Positions 51,819 through 60,404 of a DNA stretch of 64,000 bases are shown here, one piece after another (position 1 is the first letter of the stretch; each line of letters opens with the position of its first letter). A model generated the notes under the pieces. The model did not search any database. It saw nothing but the letters and a program-made list of their open reading frames with translations, and was not told where the DNA came from. This DNA comes from Longimicrobiales bacterium (GTDB lineage: Bacteria > Gemmatimonadota > Gemmatimonadetes > Longimicrobiales > Gaopeijiaceae): positions 1,024,001-1,088,000 of the forward strand of contig CBDDCX010000008.1 in assembly GCA_965226375.1 (NCBI GenBank), read 5' to 3'. A program made the translations under genes and the position numbers.

Positions 51819-52211
51819 ATGCCCAAGATCTACACCCGCGATCAGGGCGGAAATCTCCGCTATTATGCTGACCTCCGAGACATTGGTGGCGGCCAGGTGG
51901 CACTCAAGCCGCCTGGATCATCCCGCGCCACTACCGATGAGATCGAGGCCCACAAGCTCCTCGCCGCCAGAATCGAACATCTCCAGGGCACGGTGCCCGC
52001 AAGTGGCACTGCTCGGCTTAGACCGTTCGTTGACGAATTCATTCGCCAGAACCCCGGCGAGGTCACCGAGCAGTGGCTCCACGACACTGAGCTTCGGTTG
52101 CTCAGGGCCGTGGAATACTTCGGAGCGGATCGTGAACTCGTAAGCATCGAGCCCAAGCACATCCGCGAGTGGCTGAACAAGAAGCTCTCGCATCTCGCCA
52201 ACGGCACCCAG
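51819..52211 (+). pseudogene. Tyrosine integrase fragment A (N-terminal/SAM-like part)
   Basis: Next to tRNA; ends HLANGTQ at the IS3 end and continues as QRHYLHALSGLYRY on the minus strand from 55607. Confidence 0.8.
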
Positions 52212-52251
52212 CGGAACCTGTCAACGACAATGGGACACTCTACGGGATTAA

Positions 52252-53259
52252 TTAGAGAGCAATGTCCTGTGTGGTGAGGGAAGGGATGGGAGGATTGATG
52301 AAGACGGCCTCCGGGAGCGGTTTGGGATTCGGCACACCTCTGACGAAGCGTTCGGGATGAGCGGCCCATGCTTCGCGGAGCACGGATTTCCTGCCGGCAA
52401 TGACCTGATCGGCGTTCCCGAAGTGGACCTGCTCGGGGGTTAGCATCGAGATGCCGCCATGGCGGTGCTCGGCATTGTACCAGCGGAAGAACGATCGACA
52501 GAACGTCTTGGCTTGGCCCTGATCCCCGAACCGTCCGGGAAACGAGGGATGGTACTTCAAGGTTTTGAACTGAGCCTCGGAAAACGGGTTGTCATCCGAC
52601 ACCTGAGGCCGGCTCAACGAGCGGGTCACGCCGAGGTCAGCGAGAAGTTGAGCGGTGCATTGGCTCGTCATTGGAGCTCCCCGATCCGAGTGCAGGGTCA
52701 GGACCCGGGGCTGGACGCCATGCTTCAGGCAGCTCTGCTGGATCAACCGGCCGGCCAGGGCCGAGTTCTCCCGGTCCGCCACCATCCAGCCCACGACGTA
52801 GCGGCTGTAGATGTCCATGATGACGTAGAGGTAGTAATAGCTCCACTTCTTCGGCCCGAGCAGCCGCGTGATATCCCAGGACCACACCTGGTTCGGCGCC
52901 GTGGCCATCAACTCGGGCTTCTTGTACTCGGGATGGGTGCGCTGCGCCCGGCGTTCCTGAACCGGCACCTCGGAGGCCAGAACACGATACATCGTGCGTT
53001 CGCTGCACAGGTAGACCTCTTCGTCGAGCAGCGTGGCCACCACCTCGGCGGGTGAGCGGTCCACGAACCGCTCCGAACACAGCGTGTCGAAGACCTCGCC
53101 TCGTTCCGTCTCGCTCAATGCCCGGGCGGGCGTCGGGCGGGGCTGCTGTTGCCCGGTTGATGGGCCTCGACGACGGTACAACGTCGATCGGGAGACCTCG
53201 AGGGCCGCGCACGCCGGTTTTACACCGACGTGCTTAGCCAGCTCATCGGCCGCCTTCAA
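52252..53259 (-). CDS. IS3 OrfB (DDE/rve)
   Basis: PNQVWSWDIT, DIYSRYVVGW, LHSDRG, DNPFSEAQFKTLKY. Confidence 0.92.
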   Translation of the reverse strand: MKAADELAKHVGVKPACAALEVSRSTLYRRRGPSTGQQQPRPTPARALSETERGEVFDTLCSERFVDRSPAEVVATLLDEEVYLCSERTMYRVLASEVPVQERRAQRTHPEYKKPELMATAPNQVWSWDITRLLGPKKWSYYYLYVIMDIYSRYVVGWMVADRENSALAGRLIQQSCLKHGVQPRVLTLHSDRGAPMTSQCTAQLLADLGVTRSLSRPQVSDDNPFSEAQFKTLKYHPSFPGRFGDQGQAKTFCRSFFRWYNAEHRHGGISMLTPEQVHFGNADQVIAGRKSVLREAWAAHPERFVRGVPNPKPLPEAVFINPPIPSLTTQDIAL

Positions 53260-53705
53260 GAGTTTGTCCCGTCGTCGAGGCTTATCCCCAGCAGCCCCGC
53301 AACTTTTCCCTGCACGTCGATGATCAGGTGTGCCTTCCTGAGCTCATTCCCGAGCCGTGCGTTTCGCCGCTCCAGCTTGCGTACCTTCTCATCCAGCGGA
53401 TTTCGCTCCGGCTTGCGGCCGCGTTTCTTCGACAGGGCCTTCAGCGACCCGCTATGCGCCGCCTTGCGCCACGTCGTCAGGTGCGACGAGTACAGGCCCT
53501 CTCGCCGCAGGACTTGACCCACCTCGCCGGGCTCGGTGCACCGGTCCGCTTCTTCGACGATCCGCAGCTTGTACGACGGACTGAACCGCCGCCGTAGCGG
53601 CCTATCTACTACCTCCGGGTCCGCAGGAGCTGCCGCGCTTCGCTTGGCCTCCCCGGTTCCAGGGGCACTACCATTCTCTGCCATTCTCTCTCGCAGTCCC
53701 AACAT
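53256..53705 (-). CDS. IS3 OrfA (HTH)
   Basis: RRRFSPSYKLRIV, LRREGLYSSHL..WR. Confidence 0.88.
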   Translation of the reverse strand: MLGLRERMAENGSAPGTGEAKRSAAAPADPEVVDRPLRRRFSPSYKLRIVEEADRCTEPGEVGQVLRREGLYSSHLTTWRKAAHSGSLKALSKKRGRKPERNPLDEKVRKLERRNARLGNELRKAHLIIDVQGKVAGLLGISLDDGTNS

Positions 53706-53778
53706 GTTCGTTTTCTCTGCCTTCGCCCTACTCTAATTCTTTGCGTGCTCCGTGTCTCACGTACGTTGGCAGAGAGGG

Positions 53779-53966
53779 AAGGGCTTCCGCAGATCCATGA
53801 TCATTCCCCCCGTTCGGCTGGGAAACGCGAGTTCGTCTTCCGATGAGTCCAACCGCTTCACGTAGGGCCTGAGAATCTCCTCAAGCTGCGGCCATAGCGG
53901 CACGGCCCTTTCACTCCAAACACGCTTGAGCCTTCTGTGCTCGTTGGGCTGAATTCTGACGAGCCC
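53779..53966 (-). pseudogene. Tyrosine integrase fragment C (inverted)
   Basis: Manual translation GLVRIQPNEHRRLKRVWSERAVPLWPQLEEILRPY...LAFPSRTGGMIMDLRKP. Confidence 0.8.
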
Positions 53967-54031
53967 TTTAGCGCCCCCGATTTCTCTGGACAGTAGATTG
54001 GCAAAGACAGCGGGTCCAGAGAGAAAGGGAC

Positions 54032-54394
54032 GTGATGGCCCAGAAGCCGAGGGAGAACAAGGCGACCGCAGGTCGTGAGAAGGTACCCGAGCGGTGGAGT
54101 GCCCAGCAGAAAACGGAGGTGGTGCTGCGCCTGCTACGGGGTGAGGACCTGGTGGAGGTCAGCCGCGAGGTACAGGTCTCACCGCCGGAGCTGGAGGAAT
54201 GGCGGCGGGTGTTCCTGGAGACCGGTCAGCAGGGACTGAGACGCCGGGGCCGAGACCCTGGAGAACGGGAGCTGACCCGGACCCGGGCGAAGCTGGGAGA
54301 GTTGACGATGCGACTGGAGCTTGCGAGAGAACTCCTGGAAAAAAGGGGGTACGGGGACGAGCTGGAGAAGCTCTTGAAGCGCGGACGCGGGTGA
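54032..54394 (+). CDS. IS3 OrfA (HTH)
   Basis: RWSAQQKTEVVLRLLRGE...VSRE, KLGELTM. Confidence 0.85.
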   Translation: MMAQKPRENKATAGREKVPERWSAQQKTEVVLRLLRGEDLVEVSREVQVSPPELEEWRRVFLETGQQGLRRRGRDPGERELTRTRAKLGELTMRLELARELLEKRGYGDELEKLLKRGRG

Positions 54395-55277
54395 GTCCGG
54401 GGACAGGGCGGCTCTACCCTCTGACGATGATCTGCGAGGTCTGGCGGGTGGGGCGCTCGACGGTCTACGCGGCCCGAGATCGAGAAGAGAGCGACGGGCC
54501 GGCAGGGCTGAAGAAGCGCGGACCGAAGACGAAGCTGAGCGACGAGGAGTTGGTGGAGGAGATCCGACAGGTGCTGAAGGAGAGCGACTTCCTGGGCGAA
54601 GGCCACCGGAAGGTCCGGGCCCGTCTGAGAGCCAAGGGGATCGGTGTGGGCAAGAACCGCGTGCTGCGGCTGATGCGGGAGAATGGGCTGCTGGCCCCCG
54701 TACGGCGCGGAAAGCACCCGCGTGGGGACCGGAGCCACAGCGGCCGGATCACGCGACGGATGTGCCGAACGAGCTGTGGGGTACGGACGCGACGCGGTTC
54801 TACACGAAGGAGGATGGGTGGTGCTGGTTCTTCGTGGCGGTGGATCACTGCATCACAGACGTGGTGGGCTGGCACGTGGCGAAGAAGGGCGATCGGTGGG
54901 CAGCGCTCGAGCCGATCCGCCAGGGTGTACGAACCCACATGGACGGCTACGCGCCCAAGATCGCTCTGGGGCTCGGCCTACGGCACGACTGGGGCCCTCA
55001 GTACACCGCCCATCAGTTCCAAGGAGAGCTGGCCTGGCTCGGGATCCGCTCGACGGCCTCGTACGTAGGAGAGCCGGAGTGCAACGGCGTCGCGGAACGC
55101 TTCATGCGGACGCTGAAGGAAGAGTGCCTGTACCTCCACGACTTCGAGAGCCTCGAGGAGGCCAGGCAGGAGATCGATGCGTTCATCGAACGCTACAACC
55201 GCGGGTGGCTCCTGGAGCGGCACGGGTATCGGACCCCGGCCCAGGTCCGTCAGGAGCTCACCCTGAAGGCGGCATGA
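54391..55277 (+). pseudogene. IS3 OrfB with frameshift near 54754
   Basis: GEGHRKV, RVLRLMRE, then out of frame PNELWGTD, LRHDWG.QY, NGVAERF.RTLKE; removing an extra CG restores ITTDVPNE. Confidence 0.8.
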
Positions 55278-55316
55278 TTAGGCCGCCGACTTGTCCAGGA
55301 AACCGGAACCGGTACA

Positions 55317-55607
55317 GCCCGTTCTCGAAGTCGATGTCGCCCACGAGCAGCCCGAAGACCTCGTTGCGTCTCCCACCAGTGAGCAGATAGGTGGCGATCA
55401 ATTCGTGATGCAGGTCCAACGTTCGAGCAGCATCGAGAAATCCGGCAGCTTCATCAATCTCGAAGAACTCATCCGTGCGTTGGCGTTTCTTGACGATGGA
55501 TGGCTTGCGGTAGAGGCCGCCGACAGGGTTGTACGCCACCGGCACTACCCCAAGCTCCTGGGGCCGTACCTGTAGAGTCCCGAGAGAGCGTGTAGGTAGT
55601 GGCGCTG
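55317..55607 (-). pseudogene. Tyrosine integrase fragment B (inverted; catalytic Arg box)
   Basis: QRHYLHALSGLYRY/QELGVVPVAYNPV...TYLLTGGRRNEVFGLLVGDIDFENG; small frameshift near 55560. Confidence 0.82.
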
Positions 55608-55668
55608 CCCTCTCTGCCAACGTACGTGAGACACGGACCCCTCTCTGCCAACGTACGTGAGACACGGA
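55608..55668. repeat. Tandem duplication of the 30-bp IS3 left end
   Basis: CCCTCTCTGCCAACGTACGTGAGACACGGA at 55608-55637 and 55639-55668. Confidence 0.9.
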
Positions 55669-55711
55669 GCACGCAAAGAATTAGAGTAGGGCGAAGGCAG
55701 AGAAAACGAAC

Positions 55712-56161
55712 ATGTTGGGACTGCGAGAGAGAATGGCAGAGAATGGTAGTGCCCCTGGAACCGGGGAGGCCAAGCGAAGCGCGGCAGCTCCTGCGGACCC
55801 GGAGGTAGTAGATAGGCCGCTACGGCGGCGGTTCAGTCCGTCGTACAAGCTGCGGATCGTCGAAGAAGCGGACCGGTGCACCGAGCCCGGCGAGGTGGGT
55901 CAAGTCCTGCGGCGAGAGGGCCTGTACTCGTCGCACCTGACGACGTGGCGCAAGGCGGCGCATAGCGGGTCGCTGAAGGCCCTGTCGAAGAAACGCGGCC
56001 GCAAGCCGGAGCGAAATCCGCTGGATGAGAAGGTACGCAAGCTGGAGCGGCGAAACGCACGGCTCGGGAATGAGCTCAGGAAGGCACACCTGATCATCGA
56101 CGTGCAGGGAAAAGTTGCGGGGCTGCTGGGGATAAGCCTCGACGACGGGACAAACTCTTGA
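55712..56161 (+). CDS. IS3 OrfA
   Basis: Translation identical to 53256-53705. Confidence 0.88.
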   Translation: MLGLRERMAENGSAPGTGEAKRSAAAPADPEVVDRPLRRRFSPSYKLRIVEEADRCTEPGEVGQVLRREGLYSSHLTTWRKAAHSGSLKALSKKRGRKPERNPLDEKVRKLERRNARLGNELRKAHLIIDVQGKVAGLLGISLDDGTNS

Positions 56162-57165
56162 AGGCGGCCGATGAGCTGGCTAAGCACGTCGGTGTAAAAC
56201 CGGCGTGCGCGGCCCTCGAGGTCTCCCGATCGACGTTGTACCGTCGTCGAGGCCCATCAACCGGGCAACAGCAGCCCCGCCCGACGCCCGCCCGGGCATT
56301 GAGCGAGACGGAACGAGGCGAGGTCTTCGACACGCTGTGTTCGGAGCGGTTCGTGGACCGCTCACCCGCCGAGGTGGTGGCCACGCTGCTCGACGAAGAG
56401 GTCTACCTGTGCAGCGAACGCACGATGTATCGTGTTCTGGCCTCCGAGGTGCCGGTTCAGGAACGCCGGGCGCAGCGCACCCATCCCGAGTACAAGAAGC
56501 CCGAGTTGATGGCCACGGCGCCGAACCAGGTGTGGTCCTGGGATATCACGCGGCTGCTCGGGCCGAAGAAGTGGAGCTATTACTACCTCTACGTCATCAT
56601 GGACATCTACAGCCGCTACGTCGTGGGCTGGATGGTGGCGGACCGGGAGAACTCGGCCCTGGCCGGCCGGTTGATCCAGCAGAGCTGCCTGAAGCATGGC
56701 GTCCAGCCCCGGGTCCTGACCCTGCACTCGGATCGGGGAGCTCCAATGACGAGCCAATGCACCGCTCAACTTCTCGCTGACCTCGGCGTGACCCGCTCGT
56801 TGAGCCGGCCTCAGGTGTCGGATGACAACCCGTTTTCCGAGGCTCAGTTCAAAACCTTGAAGTACCATCCCTCGTTTCCCGGACGGTTCGGGGATCAGGG
56901 CCAAGCCAAGACGTTCTGTCGATCGTTCTTCCGCTGGTACAATGCCGAGCACCGCCATGGCGGCATCTCGATGCTAACCCCCGAGCAGGTCCACTTCGGG
57001 AACGCCGATCAGGTCATTGCCGGCAGGAAATCCGTGCTCCGCGAAGCATGGGCCGCTCATCCCGAACGCTTCGTCAGAGGTGTGCCGAATCCCAAACCGC
57101 TCCCGGAGGCCGTCTTCATCAATCCTCCCATCCCTTCCCTCACCACACAGGACATTGCTCTCTAA
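56158..57165 (+). CDS. IS3 OrfB (DDE)
   Basis: Translation identical to 52252-53259. Confidence 0.92.
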   Translation: MKAADELAKHVGVKPACAALEVSRSTLYRRRGPSTGQQQPRPTPARALSETERGEVFDTLCSERFVDRSPAEVVATLLDEEVYLCSERTMYRVLASEVPVQERRAQRTHPEYKKPELMATAPNQVWSWDITRLLGPKKWSYYYLYVIMDIYSRYVVGWMVADRENSALAGRLIQQSCLKHGVQPRVLTLHSDRGAPMTSQCTAQLLADLGVTRSLSRPQVSDDNPFSEAQFKTLKYHPSFPGRFGDQGQAKTFCRSFFRWYNAEHRHGGISMLTPEQVHFGNADQVIAGRKSVLREAWAAHPERFVRGVPNPKPLPEAVFINPPIPSLTTQDIAL

Positions 57166-57205
57166 TTAATCCCGTAGAGTGTCCCATTGTCGTTGACAGG
57201 TTCCG

Positions 57206-57323
57206 ATGCGTCCCCCGTCTCGATCACGCTGCGCGCGATCACTCGTCCCCCTTGGCCCCGAACCGTCGCCACCGTCATTGCCTGGTGCACGTCGAGTCCC
57301 ACATACTTGGTGTTCCGCTTCAT
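57206..57323 (-). pseudogene. IS110-family transposase N-terminal stub
   Basis: MKRNTKYVGLDVHQAMTVATVR... (first Asp of the DEDD RuvC-like domain), cut by the IS3 end. Confidence 0.8.
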
Positions 57324-57399
57324 GAGAGCCGCCCTCTGCTGTGGTCCATGGTCGTTTCGCAACTCCACGGTACCCACAGGGGGCGTGCTTTCAAGTTGT

Positions 57400-58286
57400 G
57401 TTAGAAAGCCACAAATCTGACGCTGGAGCCGCTCCTATCAGATGAATGAGCCCATGACCGAGGACGGACTCCGCAAGCGCTTCAGTTGGTCGCACGCTGT
57501 GGGTGAGATAGCGTTGATCGTGGTCGGCGTGACTATCGCATTGGCTGGAAACTCGTGGTACGAGGGTTACGAGGCGGAGATCGATGAGCACTCGTTGCTG
57601 GAAGAACTCAGCGCTACTCTGAGTGAAGACTTGCAGGGTGTACTGACCGAGCTTGCGACGATACGTCAGGTGAATGAAGACCTACGAGCCGCCGCAGTCC
57701 GACTACAATCAGGCGATCTGCATTCCTCAGACGGAGCCAATCAAGCGGCGATCACCGCCTTGGGCCGATTCGTCGTGGTTACCATTCGCAATGGCCCCTT
57801 CGAAACCCTAAAGGCGCGGGGGCTGGATCTGATCTCGAACCAGGCACTGAGGGTGAGCCTGACCTCCTTGTACGAGGACGAGTTCCCCCGGCTGAAGGAA
57901 AACAGTGAGATCGATCAGCGACTGTCTAGAGAGCGGGTTCTACCTTACCAACTGGACTACTTCAACCTAGACGCTGATCAAAACTGGGTCGTCAAGTCAG
58001 ACTCCCCAGAGGCGAGGGCACGCGGAGCAACGTTGGCTCGTTACCGCTCGGAGACCCTTGTGGACCACTACATCCCTTCCTTCGAAAGGACGATATCGTT
58101 GATGCGCGACACACTCGCCGAGATCGACCGGGAACTCGGAGCTTGAGCGATGTCGGGTGATTTCAGCCGTCTCAAGCCTCCGAGCGGTGGCTTTCTAACA
58201 AGCATTTGCTGCTGGCGGGATCAGCATCTGAGTCGCACACTGCGTGTGCTGCCGGCATCGTAGCCCGCAGCAGAAATGCAGAATCG
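57400..58286 (+). mobile_element. Integron-type gene cassette
   Basis: Starts GTTAGAAAGCCAC (57400-12); exact reverse complement GTGGCTTTCTAAC (58187-99) after the ORF, then an attC. Confidence 0.8.
57442..58146 (+). CDS. DUF6090-like membrane-anchored protein (cassette ORF)
   Basis: AVGEIALIVVGVTIAL..N.W and GLDLISN..LR..L..LY patterns. Confidence 0.72.
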   Translation: MNEPMTEDGLRKRFSWSHAVGEIALIVVGVTIALAGNSWYEGYEAEIDEHSLLEELSATLSEDLQGVLTELATIRQVNEDLRAAAVRLQSGDLHSSDGANQAAITALGRFVVVTIRNGPFETLKARGLDLISNQALRVSLTSLYEDEFPRLKENSEIDQRLSRERVLPYQLDYFNLDADQNWVVKSDSPEARARGATLARYRSETLVDHYIPSFERTISLMRDTLAEIDRELGA

Positions 58287-58292
58287 TTATGC
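58193..58292 (+). other. attC recombination site (100 bp)
   Basis: R'' TTCTAAC; GCATTT[G]CTGCT[G]GCGGG pairs with CCCGCAGCAGAAATGC leaving two extrahelical bases; R' GTTATGC. Confidence 0.8.
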
Positions 58293-58333
58293 AGCTTCCT
58301 AATAGTTGCGAGTCGCAGGAAGGGAGAGGTCAC

Positions 58334-59161
58334 ATGGATCGTCGCCTACCATCGGTGGCGCTGGCGTTGTCAGCTGTCCTCACCGCATGCTCTCCCCCCG
58401 CCGTGGATGTTGAAGCAGAGGGCGAGGTGCTCATGCAGCTCAGCCGCGAATGGTCCGATCTCGTAGCGACCGGCGATATGGACGCCATAATGGCCGGTTG
58501 GGCGGAAGACGCAGTGATGATGCCCCCGGGCACTCCTCCTCTTGAGGGGAAGGCCGCCATACGAGCCTACGTTGAGGCCGGACAACAGCTGCCTGGCTTC
58601 GAGATCAGCTGGGAGCCGATGACGGTTCACGTGGCGGCGAGCGGCGATATGGCCTACATGATCGAGCGGAACGTCACCTCGGCCCATGACACGCTCGGGA
58701 ACCCCGTCACGACGCACGGGAAGGTGGTCACTGCCATGCTGGGGGATGGGCACCCCGAGCCCGCCCGTGGGATGGCAAAGAAGATCATCCGGATCTATCC
58801 CGAGGCGGTGCGCACACTGTGCACGCTGACCTGGCTCGATTTGGCGTCCCGGCACACCGCTATGGCCCTGGTCCATCTTCAGGAGTACGTGGACGCGGCC
58901 AAGTCGGGACATCGTGGGCATCTGGCCAGCAAGCAAATTCTCCAGATGGCGCGGGCGGTGACGCACAGAGAGTTCCTCGAGGCCGCGGCGAAGGCATTAG
59001 AAGAACTCGAGGCGGACGATGATGCGGCTCGAGTCCGCGATTGGGCGACGAGTGATGGTGGGGAGGACGCCGTGGTGGACCCCGATGAGTTGGCTACTCA
59101 CTGTATGCGTGCAGCTGTAGGGTCCAACGCTGCCCGAAGGGCGGAGGGCGCTCCGGCCTAA
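58334..59161 (+). CDS. SnoaL/DUF4440 lipoprotein (second cassette ORF) fused after about 58732 to an unrelated helical C-terminus
   Basis: Lipobox LTAC; EDAVMMPPG.PPLEGKAAI, ASGDMAY, HGKVVT, then no W-R-K..DG.W ending. Confidence 0.65.
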   Translation: MDRRLPSVALALSAVLTACSPPAVDVEAEGEVLMQLSREWSDLVATGDMDAIMAGWAEDAVMMPPGTPPLEGKAAIRAYVEAGQQLPGFEISWEPMTVHVAASGDMAYMIERNVTSAHDTLGNPVTTHGKVVTAMLGDGHPEPARGMAKKIIRIYPEAVRTLCTLTWLDLASRHTAMALVHLQEYVDAAKSGHRGHLASKQILQMARAVTHREFLEAAAKALEELEADDDAARVRDWATSDGGEDAVVDPDELATHCMRAAVGSNAARRAEGAPA

Positions 59162-59187
59162 GCTGGCTGCCGGGTGCGCGCAGGGCC

Positions 59188-60321
59188 TCAGCCCTCGGTC
59201 GTCTCCTCGAAGAGCACGAGCACGTGGTCAGGCTGTTCGTCCCAGTCGCGGATGAGCGAAGTCAATACACGGCCTACCTTGGGGGCTCCGCCTTTGGTCT
59301 GGAGTGTCCGGACCTCATGGTGATGCGGCTCGCCCGAGCCCTCTATGAGGGCCTCGATAGAGGCCCCTGACTGTTCGTCGGCCTTCCACAGCGCGGCATA
59401 CTTCATCCCGATCAACTCGTCCTTGTCATATCCGGACAGTCGACAAAAGGCCTCGTTCGCTTCCTGGATCAAGCCTGAGAGATCCACGGTGAGGATCGCG
59501 AGGCCGCTGTGATCCCGGATCGCGTGAAAGCGTGATGCGTCCTCATAGAAGCCCCCGGCCCTCCACGTGTTGGAGACATCCTCGACCGTCCCTTCGACGT
59601 ACGTGACCTCTCCGTCGGGTCCCCGCTGGATTCGAGCCGTAGTGCGTAGCCTGACCCGGCGACCGTCCACACAACGAAGCTGTGTCTCAAAGCCTCGTAC
59701 CATGCCGAACTGGTTCAACTTGGACTTGAACTGGTCCTGGTCCGCGGGATTTACATAGAAATTGATGGCGTAGGACTTCTCGAGGGTGGCGGGATCAGGA
59801 TAGCCGAGAATTCTTACGAGCGCGGGATTCGCATCCAAGAAGCCTCCTTCGGGTGTACAGCGATACACTCCGATGGGCAGGTGATCGAACATCCCGCGAT
59901 GCCTCTCTTCACTCTCGCGTAGAGCCTTGAGGACTTCCACGCGATCGAGGGCGTAGCGGATCGATCGCTCGAGTTCGGCCGGGCCGATTTCTCCCTTCAC
60001 CAAATAGTCGGCCGCCCCAGCCTGCATGGCTTCCATGTCGACTGCGTGGCTACCCCGCCCGGTCAACATGATGACGGGAGATTGGAGCTGGCGCCGCCCG
60101 GCTTCCCTCAAGAGGTCGAGGCCGGTCCGGTCCTCCAGGAAGTAATCCACGATGTAGACGTCGTAGTCGTCCTGGATCAGAGCGTCACGGCCCTCCTCGA
60201 ACGTCGCCACCCAGTCCAACTCGATTTTGGGCCGAGGAATCTGCTGCACCATGGCGCGTGTCACAGCAAAGTCGCCCTGATCGTCATCTACCAGTAGCGC
60301 ACGGATGGTTTCTCGCTCCAA
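59188..60321 (-). CDS. Response regulator receiver + two PAS domains
   Basis: LLVDDD, VDYFL...GLDL, MLTG, GAADYL.K; ESEERHR.MFD..P, ANPA, ANEAF..LSGY. Confidence 0.85.
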   Translation of the reverse strand: MERETIRALLVDDDQGDFAVTRAMVQQIPRPKIELDWVATFEEGRDALIQDDYDVYIVDYFLEDRTGLDLLREAGRRQLQSPVIMLTGRGSHAVDMEAMQAGAADYLVKGEIGPAELERSIRYALDRVEVLKALRESEERHRGMFDHLPIGVYRCTPEGGFLDANPALVRILGYPDPATLEKSYAINFYVNPADQDQFKSKLNQFGMVRGFETQLRCVDGRRVRLRTTARIQRGPDGEVTYVEGTVEDVSNTWRAGGFYEDASRFHAIRDHSGLAILTVDLSGLIQEANEAFCRLSGYDKDELIGMKYAALWKADEQSGASIEALIEGSGEPHHHEVRTLQTKGGAPKVGRVLTSLIRDWDEQPDHVLVLFEETTEG

Positions 60322-60404
60322 GAGTCCCTCTATCTGCGGTTGGCGTCAGTGTGACAAGAGTCGGTGGCGAGAGCCGTACTCACGTGGAATGATAGGTCTG
60401 TGCC

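Larger units (their letters stand above)
52212..53778 (-). mobile_element. IS3-family element copy 1 (1567 bp)
   Basis: Inverted copy of 55639-57205 with identical ORF translations; subterminal IR TG(C/T)CAACG....TG(A/G)GACAC. Confidence 0.92.
53967..55316 (+). mobile_element. Second, different IS3-family element nested in the integrase
   Basis: Ends TTTAGCGCCCCCGATTTCTCTGGACA / TGTACCGGTTCCGGTTTCCTGGACA; 4-bp TSD GCCC (53963-66, 55317-20). Confidence 0.88.
55639..57205 (+). mobile_element. IS3-family element copy 2 (1567 bp)
   Basis: Reverse complement of copy 1; OrfA and OrfB with an in-phase G-GGA-AAA slippery heptamer at 56107-56113. Confidence 0.92.

Noticed and set aside
54339..54345. 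AAAAAAG as a -1 frameshift site in the nested IS3
   Set aside because: Not in A-AAA-AAG phase in OrfA; GTGA stop/start coupling at 54391 explains OrfB.
51819..55607. Broken integrase as the integron integrase IntI
   Set aside because: It is tRNA-adjacent with arm-like repeats and shows no recognisable IntI motifs in the parts present; the diagnostic C-terminal region is missing, so the rejection is tentative.
55608..55668. 30-bp direct repeat as a CRISPR array
   Set aside because: Only two copies, separated by 1 nt, identical to the IS3 left end; no cas genes seen.
51726..59161. Prophage or anti-phage defence island
   Set aside because: No structural phage genes or recognisable defence domains remain; only integrase fragments, IS elements and cassettes.
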